A stretch of 64,000 bases of DNA. Origin: Geosiphon pyriformis uo1. Lineage: Eukaryota; Fungi; Glomeromycota. The notes below the pieces were generated by a model. The model was not told the origin of the DNA and ran no database searches. It saw nothing but the letters and a program-made list of their open reading frames with translations. This document shows, one piece after another, positions 53,020 through 64,000 of this stretch; the first letter of the stretch is position 1; each line of letters starts with the position of its first letter. The position numbers were made by a program, and so were the translations under genes. Location: positions 881,696 to 945,695 of the forward strand of contig JAAOMT010000602.1 of NCBI GenBank assembly GCA_016748015.1. The letters are read 5' to 3'.

Positions 53020-56000
53020 TGAGTAGTTTCATGTGAAAGATTGTTACATGCAACATTAGAGGGATGAACAATCCTGCTAAGCAAGCTGACGTCATTTGTT
53101 GGCATAAGAAAATGGACAATATGATCTCAATAATTACTGAAACAAAATTAAAGAGTAGAATTTGTCTTTGGATTGTTGATAGATTTCCTGGAGTATGTGT
53201 ATTCATTTCTGGTCTGAATTCTGGTTATTTAGATTTTGGTGTGGCAATAATTATGAATGCTGCTCTGGCAAAACATGTATGCAAGATCTTTGAGATACCT
53301 GGTCATCTTTTTTCTGTTAGGCTGCTTTTTAAAAATAAACTCTCGGTTTCTGTTTTGGGTCTGTATACTAGCACTTTACCATTAACATGCTTTTCACAAG
53401 CAAATGATGTGAACGTCTTGATTTTTAAGGCTGTGAACGAATCTTTTTTTGTGATTTTGGGTGGCAATTTTAATGAGGATGGCTCTTGCAAGAGTGTTAG
53501 CTTCAAGAAGTATGGTAGCTTGGACTTGGTCAACTCTCTCGTTGGTAATGATTTTCTAAGAGCTTCAACATGGAGCAATTCTAGAGGTGTGGCAAAGACA
53601 ATAGATTACATATTTGTTTCTTCTAATTTAGTTAACACAATAGTGGATCATAGTGTTCTGGATGTTGGTGAATTCTTTAATACTGATCACCAATCTATTT
53701 CTGTATCAGTCGGTTTGGGTGGTTTGTTGGACATATATCTATGTTCACTTCATAAACAGGCCAACAAGAACCATTGGAAATATAACTTCAAAAATGCTGA
53801 CACTACTTTATGGTTAAAATTCAGGGAGATGATGATGGTAAATGCTGTTATGTTTTCTGATGATTTCGTGGCTGCCAATGAGCTTTCAGATTTGGATGCC
53901 ATGTGGGATATTATTTGTAAGATAATGTGCTTTTCAGTAGATGAAGTTTTCAAAAAAAAATGGTTTAAGGAATATGATAGAGTTTTCACCAAAATTTCAT
54001 CTAGGTTTCACAAACTAGAACTTCTGGTATCTAAATTAGTTAGGGCCTCCTATTTGGTTAATAATAACAATTTTGTCTCGTTGCTCAATACTTGGAAGTC
54101 ACTCAATTCCGACAATGCAATTGTGATTAGGTCTCTCTTTCTCTCTGGTTCATTCTTTAATAACATTTGTTCAGCTCTGTTCAAAGTCAGAAAATTTTAT
54201 TGTGCTTCAAAGTTGTTAGAATCTAAATGAGCCAAGGAATCACAAATCAAATCTGCTATTGAGAAGAGGATAGAGAGCTTTGTGTCTAACAAGGGTCACA
54301 TTATCAGAAGTGTTTTGGAAAGGCCTTTTTGCAAGGTGGTCTTGGATCATTTGGTCATAGGTAATGAGCTAATTTTTGAACCAGACCCTGTCAAATCTAA
54401 GGTGGATGAGATTATGGAAGGTTGGATTCGAAAACATGGTATAGTTCTTGATATCCCAGAAGACTAGTCTTGTCAATATCAGCCTTTGGACCATGTTTTT
54501 GATGGTGTTTTTTCTTATGTCATGAGCTGTGTGGGTTTTGATGAGCTGTTTGGTGTGGTTTCAAACTTGCCTGATGACAAAGCTGCTGGTTTGTCGGGCA
54601 TTTTCAATGAACTTTAGAAGCATTGTAACATTTCAGTTCTTGGTATGCTCTTGGTGCTCATTAACTCTTGTCTTTCTGGTAAATCTGTGCCCGGAGTCTG
54701 GAAGGAGGCTTGGGTTTCAATAATTTCCAAACCTTATGATTAGAAAGGCATACTCACGAACACTCGTCCTATCACTTTAATTGAAACAGCTCAGAAAATT
54801 CTGTCCAAAATTCTTTCCGATAGGATTTTTTTGGCTTGTAGCAAATTTGATGTTCTTCATGAGAACAATTTTTCAGTGCTCAAAAGCATTATGACTCAGT
54901 CTCCCATTTTTGCAATTGGTTCAGTGGTCAAAGATGTTTTTGAGAAGAACTGGGAGCTTTGGCTGGTTTTGCAAGACATGCAAAAGGCATACAACTCAGT
55001 TGGTTGAATCATCTTAAGAAGAGTTTAATTAGAATCAAAATGTGTAGCAAGTTTATTCGGTTTTTTGGGGGTATTCATGGCAGTTGTACTAACTGGGTAA
55101 TGACCAATTTTGGGTTGACAGATAGTTATTGTGTGCATGATGGCTTGGATCAGGGAGAGGTGTTTTCACCTCTTCTTTGGCATATATTTTATGATCTTCT
55201 TTTGTGTGAAGTCAAGAGACAGGAAAGTGTGTGTAATTACAGGCTGAATTCTCATTTTATTGCTAAGACAGGCCATGTGAAGTTTCAAGCTAGATCAACA
55301 TCTTTTTTTGCTGCTGGTGCTTTCGTGGATGATATGATCTGAATTGGTAGTAGTCAGATTGTGACACAATATATTCTCAATATTGCCAGCAAGTTTTTTC
55401 AGATCAATAACATTTCGATCAACAATGATAAGACAGTGGCCATTCCCATCAACTGCAAAGTTGCAAATTTTTCTTTATTAATCAGTGATGCTCCTATTTT
55501 GGTGGCCAAAAAAGGGGAACCTCATCGTTACTTGGGCATTTTTCTCTCAACTGAGGGCTTGTCACGACCCAGTTTGGCCAAAGCTCATTCAGATGTCTGA
55601 TTTTTTACCAATCTTGTGCTGAGGAAAGCTATCTCTAACAAACAGTTTTCATATCTGGTTTCAGTAGTTCTTCATCCTATTGTCAGTTATAGAACTCAAT
55701 TTAGCTTCGTCCCTCTTAGTGTTTGTAGTAAATAGAATGTCTTGATTTGCAAAAGCCTCAAATTCAAAGCTGAACTGCCCCAGGATTTCCCTAATGATGC
55801 ATTCTATTACCCATCCCTTTATAGTTTAAAAACTTTTGAGCAAATTCAAGCTGAATATAAGTCAGCATCTGTGGTGTGTTTTGCCAATTCTGGTGGAATT
55901 TTGGGATGTTTGTTTCTTCATAGAGCTTATGAATTACAGGCTTTAAGTTGGCACCCTATTCATCCTTTGGTGTTTCTGGCTTGTCTGAAAATTAGCCTCA

Positions 56001-57695
56001 CAAACAATTTTTTAGCAGGTGTCGTTCATATATTTAGAGATTACAGTTTATCTTTAAGTGATGCTGGACCTAGTGCATTCCGGTTTTGCAATAGTACTCC
56101 CATGTCTTTGGTGCTTGGTGAGTCAAATTTCTCCAGGTGTCTCCCTTCACTTTGATGGTATGGTGTTGTCTTTGTGAAACAATTATGTGGCCGTGAAGGT
56201 GGTGTTTTTGAGTGGGTGATCTTTAAGTATTGGAAAAGACTGGATTCATGTGGCCCCATTCCTGAGTGGTTTGTCTTGTCTATTAAATTTCTGAGTAATA
56301 TGGTAACTTTTTCTGTGTGAAATCTATTATTGGATAATGCTAATGCCTCTAGTGTTTTGAATTCCGTTGAGTTTGGTTTGGTTTGTAATCACTTATCTGG
56401 TCTGGGTGCTGGCTGCATCTCAGTATACACAGACAGTTTTTTGTTTGGCTTGGGGTCTGTTAACATGAGGTCTGGTGCAGCAGTTTTCTTTGATGACATT
56501 AACATGGGTATGGGAGTCAAGGTTTCAGGTTTGATGTCTTCTACACTAGCAGAATTGCAGGCGATAGCACTTGCCCTTGAGTGTGTTCTAGTGTCTAGTA
56601 GTGTTAGTTTGTTCTCAGACAGTCAAGTGGTATTGGATGCTTGCAGATTTGAATTAAGTATGTCTTGTCCAGATTTCTGTAATTGCTGCTGGGTGAAATG
56701 CTGTCATATTGCAAATTTTGTATGCTCGAAGAGATTGAAAATCACCTGGCATAAGGTTAAGAGCCATTCTGGTAATTTTGGCAACAACCGTGCTAATGAG
56801 CTGGCTGGCTATGCTGCTTCCTCTAATTTGATTTTTCCCCCTTGGTTGAATAAAAGATACATTTTGGCTGGTGGTAATATTGTTTAGACATTTCGTTCAT
56901 GATGTTTTTTGTTCTATTCATCATCTGTACTGGGAGTATGGTTCAGACACCTATGTTGTCACTCAAGATTTGTTGGCAGACATTAATTGGCGGAGGTCTG
57001 TCTTTGTCTGACATTCTAATTCACATATAGCTGCTGGTCCTACTAGTAAATGCACTACTGGCATTCGCACATATTTCATGAAAGCTTTACATCACAGACT
57101 GCCTGTCGCTGTTTACAAATGCCTTTATGATAAAGGTTATCCAAGTGTAATCTGTTTATTTTGTGGCTGTGTGGAGGTCTCTGACCATGTTTTTTCCTGT
57201 GATGCTGATGTTGCTACTCGTGTTTGTCTTCTGGGGGACTACACAATGATCTGGGAGAATATTTCTGGCCTTCGTCATTCCACTTCTAGTGTGTTATAAT
57301 TTTTGTCCTTTTGTGTTTTGAACATTTTGTTCCGTATTGCCTTGTGCAAAGGATTTGTTTTTAAGGAGTGGTTTCATGAAATAGTCTCTGTGTTTGGTGA
57401 TTCTAAGAGTACTGGTGTGAAGGTTGTGAACTTTGTGTGTGCTCTGTGTCTCGCTTTTAGGGATGAGATTTGGTCAATCTATGTTAAGTATTGTGCCTTT
57501 ATGGAAAAGCGTAATTTGATCTCTTGTGATGGTTCTTTGCCTGATTCTAAATCTGGCCTATCTTTTGTTTACTCTGTTGGGGTTATCAGATTGTTGGATA
57601 TTGATGTAGCCTTAGGTGTTAGTTTCAGTTTTCATAGGTTTAGTTTGTTTATTTCTGATGCTTTTGATGTGGTTTCTGTTAGTATAAGTGCTTAA
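53019..57695 (+). pseudogene. LINE4 ORF2: APE-RT-RNase H-Zn finger
   Basis: ITETKL, GGNFN, IDY, TDH; GLDQGEVFSP, AFVDD, YLG; YTD..AELQAI..SDSQ..KVK.HSG..N.RA; CLFC..E..DH.F.C. Confidence 0.93.
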
Positions 57696-57833
57696 TGTTG
57701 TTTTGATTGGCCAGAGTGGCTGGTCATGTGTGGAAAATGCATAATTTGTACCTAATTTAGATCAATTATTTGATGTATTTCATTAGGTAGCATTTGGATT
57801 TCACTCAATAAATATGTAAAAAAAAAAAAAAAA

Positions 57834-60249
57834 AATCAAATTTCAATCCTGATTTAAACTCCAATAATGATGACAAAGAAAACAATAGTTCCAGTTCCAT
57901 TCAATATGGTGATAAGAATAACTCAGAGTCAAACTTTGATTCAGACTACGAACAATATATTGTACTTCTTGACCTCACAAAGAAACAGAAACTTAAATGG
58001 TTTAGCAATAACAATGAAGGTATCATGTCAGAACACGCACATGATACAGATGCCGAGTTTGATTTGAAGTATCCAGAAAAAAATGTCATCAAATTAGAGC
58101 CACATTCACATATCTGCATTAATCTGAAAATAGCATTGGAAATACCAGCAACAACCATGGTTCAATTAGCTTCCAGAAGTAGTTTAGTGAAAAGAGAAAT
58201 TAATATAAAAGGAGAAAAATTGACATAGAATATGTAGAAAATATCATCACCATGCTACAAAAGGACTCAAAAAAGGCCTATATTATAGAGCCAAATGAAA
58301 AGATAGCACAAGCAATATTTCTACCTCTGGTGAAAATAGCTCAGTTAGTGTCAGTGGGAAAAAGGGAAGAACTAAGAATTACTGCAAAAGGAATACAGGA
58401 ATTTGGATCAATAGATAGAATAGACGTACCAGTCAATATGGCAGAAGAAGAAATTATTGGCCAAAAAGAAATTATTTCAACCAGTCAAGTAATTTTCATT
58501 CTATCATATGATTAGTACATGGTAGTTATAGAGAGAAAAGTGAAAGATAAGGATCAGATTTTTAAAGCAGAAACAAGCCTTTGTAAATCAGAAAAGATTG
58601 GACTTATCAATCTCCACATATCAGCCAAAAACTACAACCATATCAAAATTTCCATTTACAATACAACAGAAGATACCATCACAATACCAGAGGAAACCAT
58701 CATTGAATACATAAGCACTGAATTAGAAAATCAACCACCAAGCATTATTCCAGATTTTCTACAGCTATGTGGATATGTAAATATTACATTACAAACAATC
58801 TATGAACGAAATAAATGTTATTTGCTCCAATTAGAACAATTGGAACAAATAAACATGAGAAATTTGGATCTACTCCAACGTATGCAATTCAAAATATTAC
58901 TTAACAACTTCAATGACATATTTGCTAGCGAAAACAAATTTGGTAAAACTAACATCATCTAACATTAGATCAAGACTGGAAATGCTATGCCAATCAAACA
59001 ACAAGCCTACAAAGTACCACCAGCCAGCCATGAGATCATCCATTAAGAAATCAACCGAATGCTTAACAATGGGCTAATTTAGCCATCTATGAGCCCATGG
59101 TTATCACCAGTAGTACTCATCCAAAAGAAGAATGGAAAAATCAGATTTTGTGTAGACTACAGAAAACTCAATGGAGTTACTCGTAGAGACAGCTATCCAA
59201 CTCCATGAATTCAGAAGCTATTCAATGCTTTTGGAAGAAATAAATGATTCTCAACACTGGATCTAAACAGTGGATACTGGCAGATAGCTATGGATCCAGC
59301 AGACAAAAAAAAAACAGCTTTTATGATGAGAGAAGAGAATTTCGAGTTTGAAGTCATGTCATTCGGCTTGATAAATGCTCCAGCCACATTTCAATGGCTA
59401 ATGGAAATAGTATATACCAGCTTATTGTGAAAATCAATAGTAGTCTATTTGGACAATACCAATGTGTTCTCAAAAACATTTGACGACTATCTACATTATC
59501 TCCAACAAGTGTTTGAAAGCCTGAAAAGAGCTGGATTAAAATTAAATGCAACAAAGTGTTTCTTTGGCAAAACAGAACTCAAGTTTTTAGGACATATAGT
59601 GAGCAAAGATGGCATTAAAACAGATCCAGATAAGATAGAGATAGTAAAGAAATTTTCAGTACTAACTAACATGACTAAGTTAAAATCATTCTTGGAATTT
59701 GCAGGCTATTATTGCCACTTCATTAAGAACTTTTCTAAGATAGCTTAGCCACTCAATCATCTCCAAACCAAGAATGTAAAATACAAATGGACTAAAACCC
59801 AGCAAGAAGCATTTGACATCTTAAGAAGAAAGCTTATTCAAGCTTTAGTATTGATCTATTCAGATTATAGTAAACCATTCATTATCACCACTGATGCATC
59901 AGGTCAAGCATTGGGAGCAGTGCTATCTCAGAGAGAATCAGATAGAAGGAAACATCCAGTCACATACGCCAGCCGAGATTTAACTTCAGCCAAGAAGAAT
60001 TATAGAACACCAGCATTAGAACACTTAGCAATCTATTAGGCAGTTATGAAATAGAAAGAATACTTGAGTTAGAGATTTGAAATATACACTGATCACAAGG
60101 GATTAACAGCAATCCAAAAACAAAAATTTGAAGACAATCAACATGCAAGATAGAAAATAGCACTATTACTATTCATTTATACAATACATTACAAAAAGGG
60201 AAAAGACAATAGAAATGCTGATGGTTTGTCATGAATGAGACAAATCTAA
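57834..60249 (+). pseudogene. A2 dUTPase-RT-RNase H
   Basis: AHDTDAEFDL, ASRSSL, EKIAQAI, QEFGS; SPW.SPV..RFCVDYR; TTDAS; ends MRQI* at 60247-60249. Confidence 0.9.
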
Positions 60250-60310
60250 AAACATTTCAACCCAAAAATATAACAAAACCAAACCAAACCCAATGAAAAT
60301 ATAACAAAAA

Positions 60311-61684
60311 ATGAACACACAAAAATACCAACAACTTTAACACTATATAAATACCCAACAGTTCAAGGAGAAATTATCTCAAAAAGAACAAAATAGCATC
60401 AAGCAACAATTAAAATATTTTATCAATCATCAAAATATACTTTACCAGAAGAATAGAAAAAATCCAGATCAACCAACCAGAGTAATTACAGAGCCAAAAA
60501 AAGAAACAATACTGTTCAACATGCACTTAAATCCAACAGCAGAACATTTCCACAAAAAAACAACTATAGAAAAAACCAGAAAAAGATACTATTGGCCATC
60601 AATGTATCCAGACATCATCTAATATGTCCAAAATTGTGATTCTTGTAAAAGAAAAGAAGGAACAAAACCTAGTGAGCCATTAAGACCAATCAAAATGAGA
60701 CAACTATTTGATTGCATTGGAATTGATTTAGTCAGACCATTAACAATCACCAACAGAGAAAATAGATATATTGCAGTAGCCATAGACTATCTCACTAAAT
60801 GGCCAGAAGCAAAAGCAATTCAAAAAGCAGATGCAGAATCCATTGCCGAATTCATTCATCAAGACTTAATTTGTTAACATGGATGTCCAAAAGAATTATT
60901 ATCAAACCAAGGAACTCACTTTGTGAACAGAACACTAGCAGAATTGAGCCAAAGATTCGGAATTAAAAGACCACTATCATTACCATATTATTCACAAACA
61001 AACGGTTTAGTTGAAAGATTTAATAGAACATTGTGTGAAGTAATTGCCAAATTCAGCTAAGAAAACCAGGATAAATGGAATTTGTTCATATCATCAGTAC
61101 TATTTGCTTATTGAACAATGAAGCAAGATACTACACAAGCAACACTATTTGAATTAGTATATGGTAGAACAGCAACAATACCAGTTGAAATAGAAGTCAA
61201 CACATATCCAACTGAATCAATAACAGAAAAAAATTTCCAGGAAACATTGTTAAGAAAGATATATGACTTAATGAAAACATTGGAAAACAAATGAAGAAGA
61301 GCAGCTAATAATATTCAAAAGTCACAAGAGAAACAGAAAGAAAGACATGATAGTCAACTATCAGACAAACCAGTTGAGTTCAAGATTGGAGACAAAGTAT
61401 TCTTATATTATATCAAAGCAGAAAAACTATGGAGTAGAAAATTTGACCCCAAATGGGACAGACCATTTCACATAGAAGAAATTCTAGGAAATAGAGCTTA
61501 TAAATTAAGATAGAACAACAAAATTTTGACCAAAGCAGCACATAGAGATTGACTGAAACTATACCACAATATAACATCACCATCCATCAGTAATATTCCC
61601 CAACTAGAAGTACAGAGAACACTAGTACAACCAAATAAAATTCCATGAGATCTGGAACCAATTATCATCATTGACAACAAATAA
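60311..61684 (+). pseudogene. A2 integrase (separate ORF); end approximate
   Basis: MNTQKY.. start; GIDLV.P..DYLTKWPE; NGLVERFNR. Confidence 0.88.
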
Positions 61685-61743
61685 AAGTGACTGACAAAGG
61701 AATATATAAAGATATGGTAGATGTGACAGAAAAAATCAGAAAA

Positions 61744-62406
61744 ATGGAAATTACAGACAACATTCACTCACTAGCACAACAACTTTTTCAATTAATACAA
61801 CACCAAGAAATGAAGATTACAATTAATCAACAAATTATTCAGTACTGAGATACTAAAAAGACATCTCAACACAGAACATGGAAGAAACAAGAAAATACCA
61901 TTAACAAAGTTATTGCAAAAGTAAAAGTGGCAATACAGGAGCTGACAAAAGACTCATAATATTAAGAGTTGACCAAAGAAACTTGGAATTAGTGGATACA
62001 ACAATTTTCAAGAAACTATTGTTATTTCTACTTGGGAAAACACATAAACATTCAGAATTTGTACACTAATAAAACAAAGCAGTTATTCAACATAACAATA
62101 CTACAACAACTAGAACAGTTTGTGAGAAAAAACAACTTATCTACACAGGCCTGAGCCATATATCAAATACACACAGCATTTTAAGATCAACCAGAAATCT
62201 TACTCAACAAAGCAATGAATACAGTTACCAGTAATCAATTAGAAAAGATCACCAATGCTCAATTTGAAAAATTACAGACCCAAATAACACAAGTAATTCT
62301 CAAAACCAAAATTCAGAAAATACTTCAAGAAGGGGAATTTAAAGAGCTAAATTTTGATGAAGCTCAATATTAAAAGGAAGAAATAATATTACTCATAGAA
62401 ATATAG
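61744..62406 (+). pseudogene. A2 extra ORF3 (221 codons, with stops)
   Basis: MEITDNIHSLAQQLF...ITIN..IQY...CYFYLGKH...LEKITNAQFEKL..ITQVIL...EEIILLIEI*. Confidence 0.75.
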
Positions 62407-63225
62407 GAAACATATCAGTATAGTTATTAGCCAATCAAAAGTAGACGTAGTAAATGTAGAATTCTAGGATTCTTCTTAGAGAAATTGCAGGATTCTCACA
62501 TAAAGAATTGCAGAATTCCAGAATTCTAGGATTCCTCTCAACGGAATCACAGGATTCCAGGAATTCTAGGATTCCTGTCATAAAGAATTGAGGAATTAAG
62601 GAATCTCAATTATGTATATATAGCAGTAGTATTAGAAGCTGAAAAAACAGACCACTCCATTTGATTTTATCTAGACAATCTTCCAATTCACAATCATCAA
62701 ACAAATAATTATTTGAATATCTAATTCTACTCTCTATTATCAACATCTCATGTTGATAATAATTGATACTTGACCACACTAGAACAATAGCTCTTGATCA
62801 CGGCTATTAATGAAAACTAATCTGTACATTGCCTTGACTTATTTTCTTATTTTCTTTATTTTCTTATTTGCTTTATTTCTTTCTTTAATTTTATTGTTGT
62901 GTACTAATTGATTAAAAACACTAAATTACTGACATCAAAGATTGTCTGGTAAAAGACCCCTGTAAGTGGGTAAAGCACATAAAGCAAATTACAGATTACT
63001 TACCAGAGGATTGCCGGCCACCAAGCCGAAAAAAAAATTGACAGAATTGCAATTCTGGGAAGCTACAAATAAAACAACCATTAAATCTTTGTCCATTATA
63101 CAAAGAACTCAATCAAAATTTTTAGATAAACAATACCTTCAGATCATCATCTACACAAATAACTTTTGAGCACCAAGTTATGGGTTTGTTATTTGATTTG
63201 AAACCCCAAGTAATTACCTATAACA
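62387..63225 (+). repeat. A2 3' LTR
   Basis: Repeat of 37264-38102 (first TG>TA); PPT AAAAGGAAGAAA upstream. Confidence 0.94.
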
Positions 63226-64000
63226 TCACTTATTAATTAATCAAATTATCAAATATTATTATTCAATCAATAATCTGATTTGTATTATAGAAATTAAGAT
63301 AATCAAATTACACAATACCTTGAACCATTTATTATAGTCAAAATTCGCCGAAATTAATGAAAATTGGCTGAAATAATCAATAGTTCAGTGAAATAACTTG
63401 TAGTTTGCTAAAATATATCTTTAGTTTACCAAAATTAGAGCAAAAAGAAAAGTGCAAGTTCAAAGACTAATACTACAACAAGTTGTATAAAAGAAGAGCT
63501 TTTCTCTTCAAAAAAATGTATTTTCTCATAATATCTTACTTTAGATATCTTAATTAGAACAAATTACTTTTTATACATCTCAAATAAAAATTAAATATTT
63601 GAAAACCAAATCTTTTAAATTATTACACTTGAAATTCTTTCAACACAACTAACATTTTGAAATTGATTAGCTACCAATTTCAGTAATCTGTTAATGACTT
63701 CAGGTCTGAATAGAAAACGTTTCCCTTAATAAAATCCTATTTCTTTTACATTTCTTTTATTTTTTTTTTCTTTTCTTATTACAATTATTAGAATAGTCTA
63801 CAAATGAGATTCCTGTAGAAGAGTTGACTTTTATAGCAAAATAACTACACATTTTTTAGTGAGCTTCCAGACAAGTATTTTCTGGAAAAAAGTTGACATT
63901 TACTACAATATAACTATAGAAAGTAACTGGCACAGAATTGGCCATTCTATTTATAAGCCCAGCAATTCAAATTATAGAAGATAATTTGAAGATAAATTCA
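63226..64000 (+). repeat. B2 3' LTR, right fragment (truncated by window)
   Basis: Resumes ttattaattaatcaaattatc exactly where 37263 stopped; matches 28430-29210. Confidence 0.93.

Larger units (their letters stand above)
51041..57833 (+). mobile_element. Full-length LINE (LINE4, ~6.8 kb) inserted in A2 pol
   Basis: TSD AATCAAA at 51034-51040 and 57834-57840; AATAAA at ~57807 and poly(A) at 57818-57835; ORF1 + ORF2. Confidence 0.94.
37264..63225 (+). mobile_element. Ty3/Gypsy family A copy A2 (complete; carries B3 and LINE4)
   Basis: 839-bp LTRs at 37264-38102 and 62387-63225; TSD TTAC/TCAC at 37260-37263 and 63226-63229; PBS TGGTGCTCCC at 38105. Confidence 0.94.
28334..64000 (+). mobile_element. 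Ty3/Gypsy family B copy B2; 3' LTR split by A2 and running off the window
   Basis: 5' LTR 28334-29308, PBS at 29311, internal region 29309-37168, 3' LTR 37169-37263 + 63226->64000. Confidence 0.93.

Overview
AT-rich eukaryotic repeat block made entirely of nested, decayed retroelements. I found no host gene, rRNA, tRNA or CRISPR. The protein style resembles Glomeromycotina fungi (Geosiphon-like), recognised from memory and not confirmed by a search. Two Ty3/Gypsy families are present: family A (A1 <1-3634; A2 37264-63225) and family B (B1 11636-21528; B2 28334->64000; B3 39931-49030, minus). There is also a solo LTR of a third type (7919-8916, minus) and five RNase H-type LINEs of different ages. 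Target-site duplications (TSDs) resolve the nesting: relic LINE0 <- LINE2 <- (solo LTR, B1); LINE3 <- B2 <- A2 (inside B2's 3' LTR) <- (B3, LINE4); LINE1 <- A1. Both Gypsy families share an unusual design. The long Gag-PR-(Cys-rich)-dUTPase-RT-RNaseH frame apparently starts at GUG. A conserved stop separates integrase into its own ATG-started ORF. A homologous ~220-235 aa extra ORF sits in the env position, a U5 anti-PBS hairpin is present, and the TSDs are 4 bp with a central CA/TG. Decay is overwhelmingly C>T/G>A (39 of 39 differences between the B1 LTRs, counted by eye). A Nextera/Tn5 mosaic end at 43787-43805 marks a probable assembly artefact.
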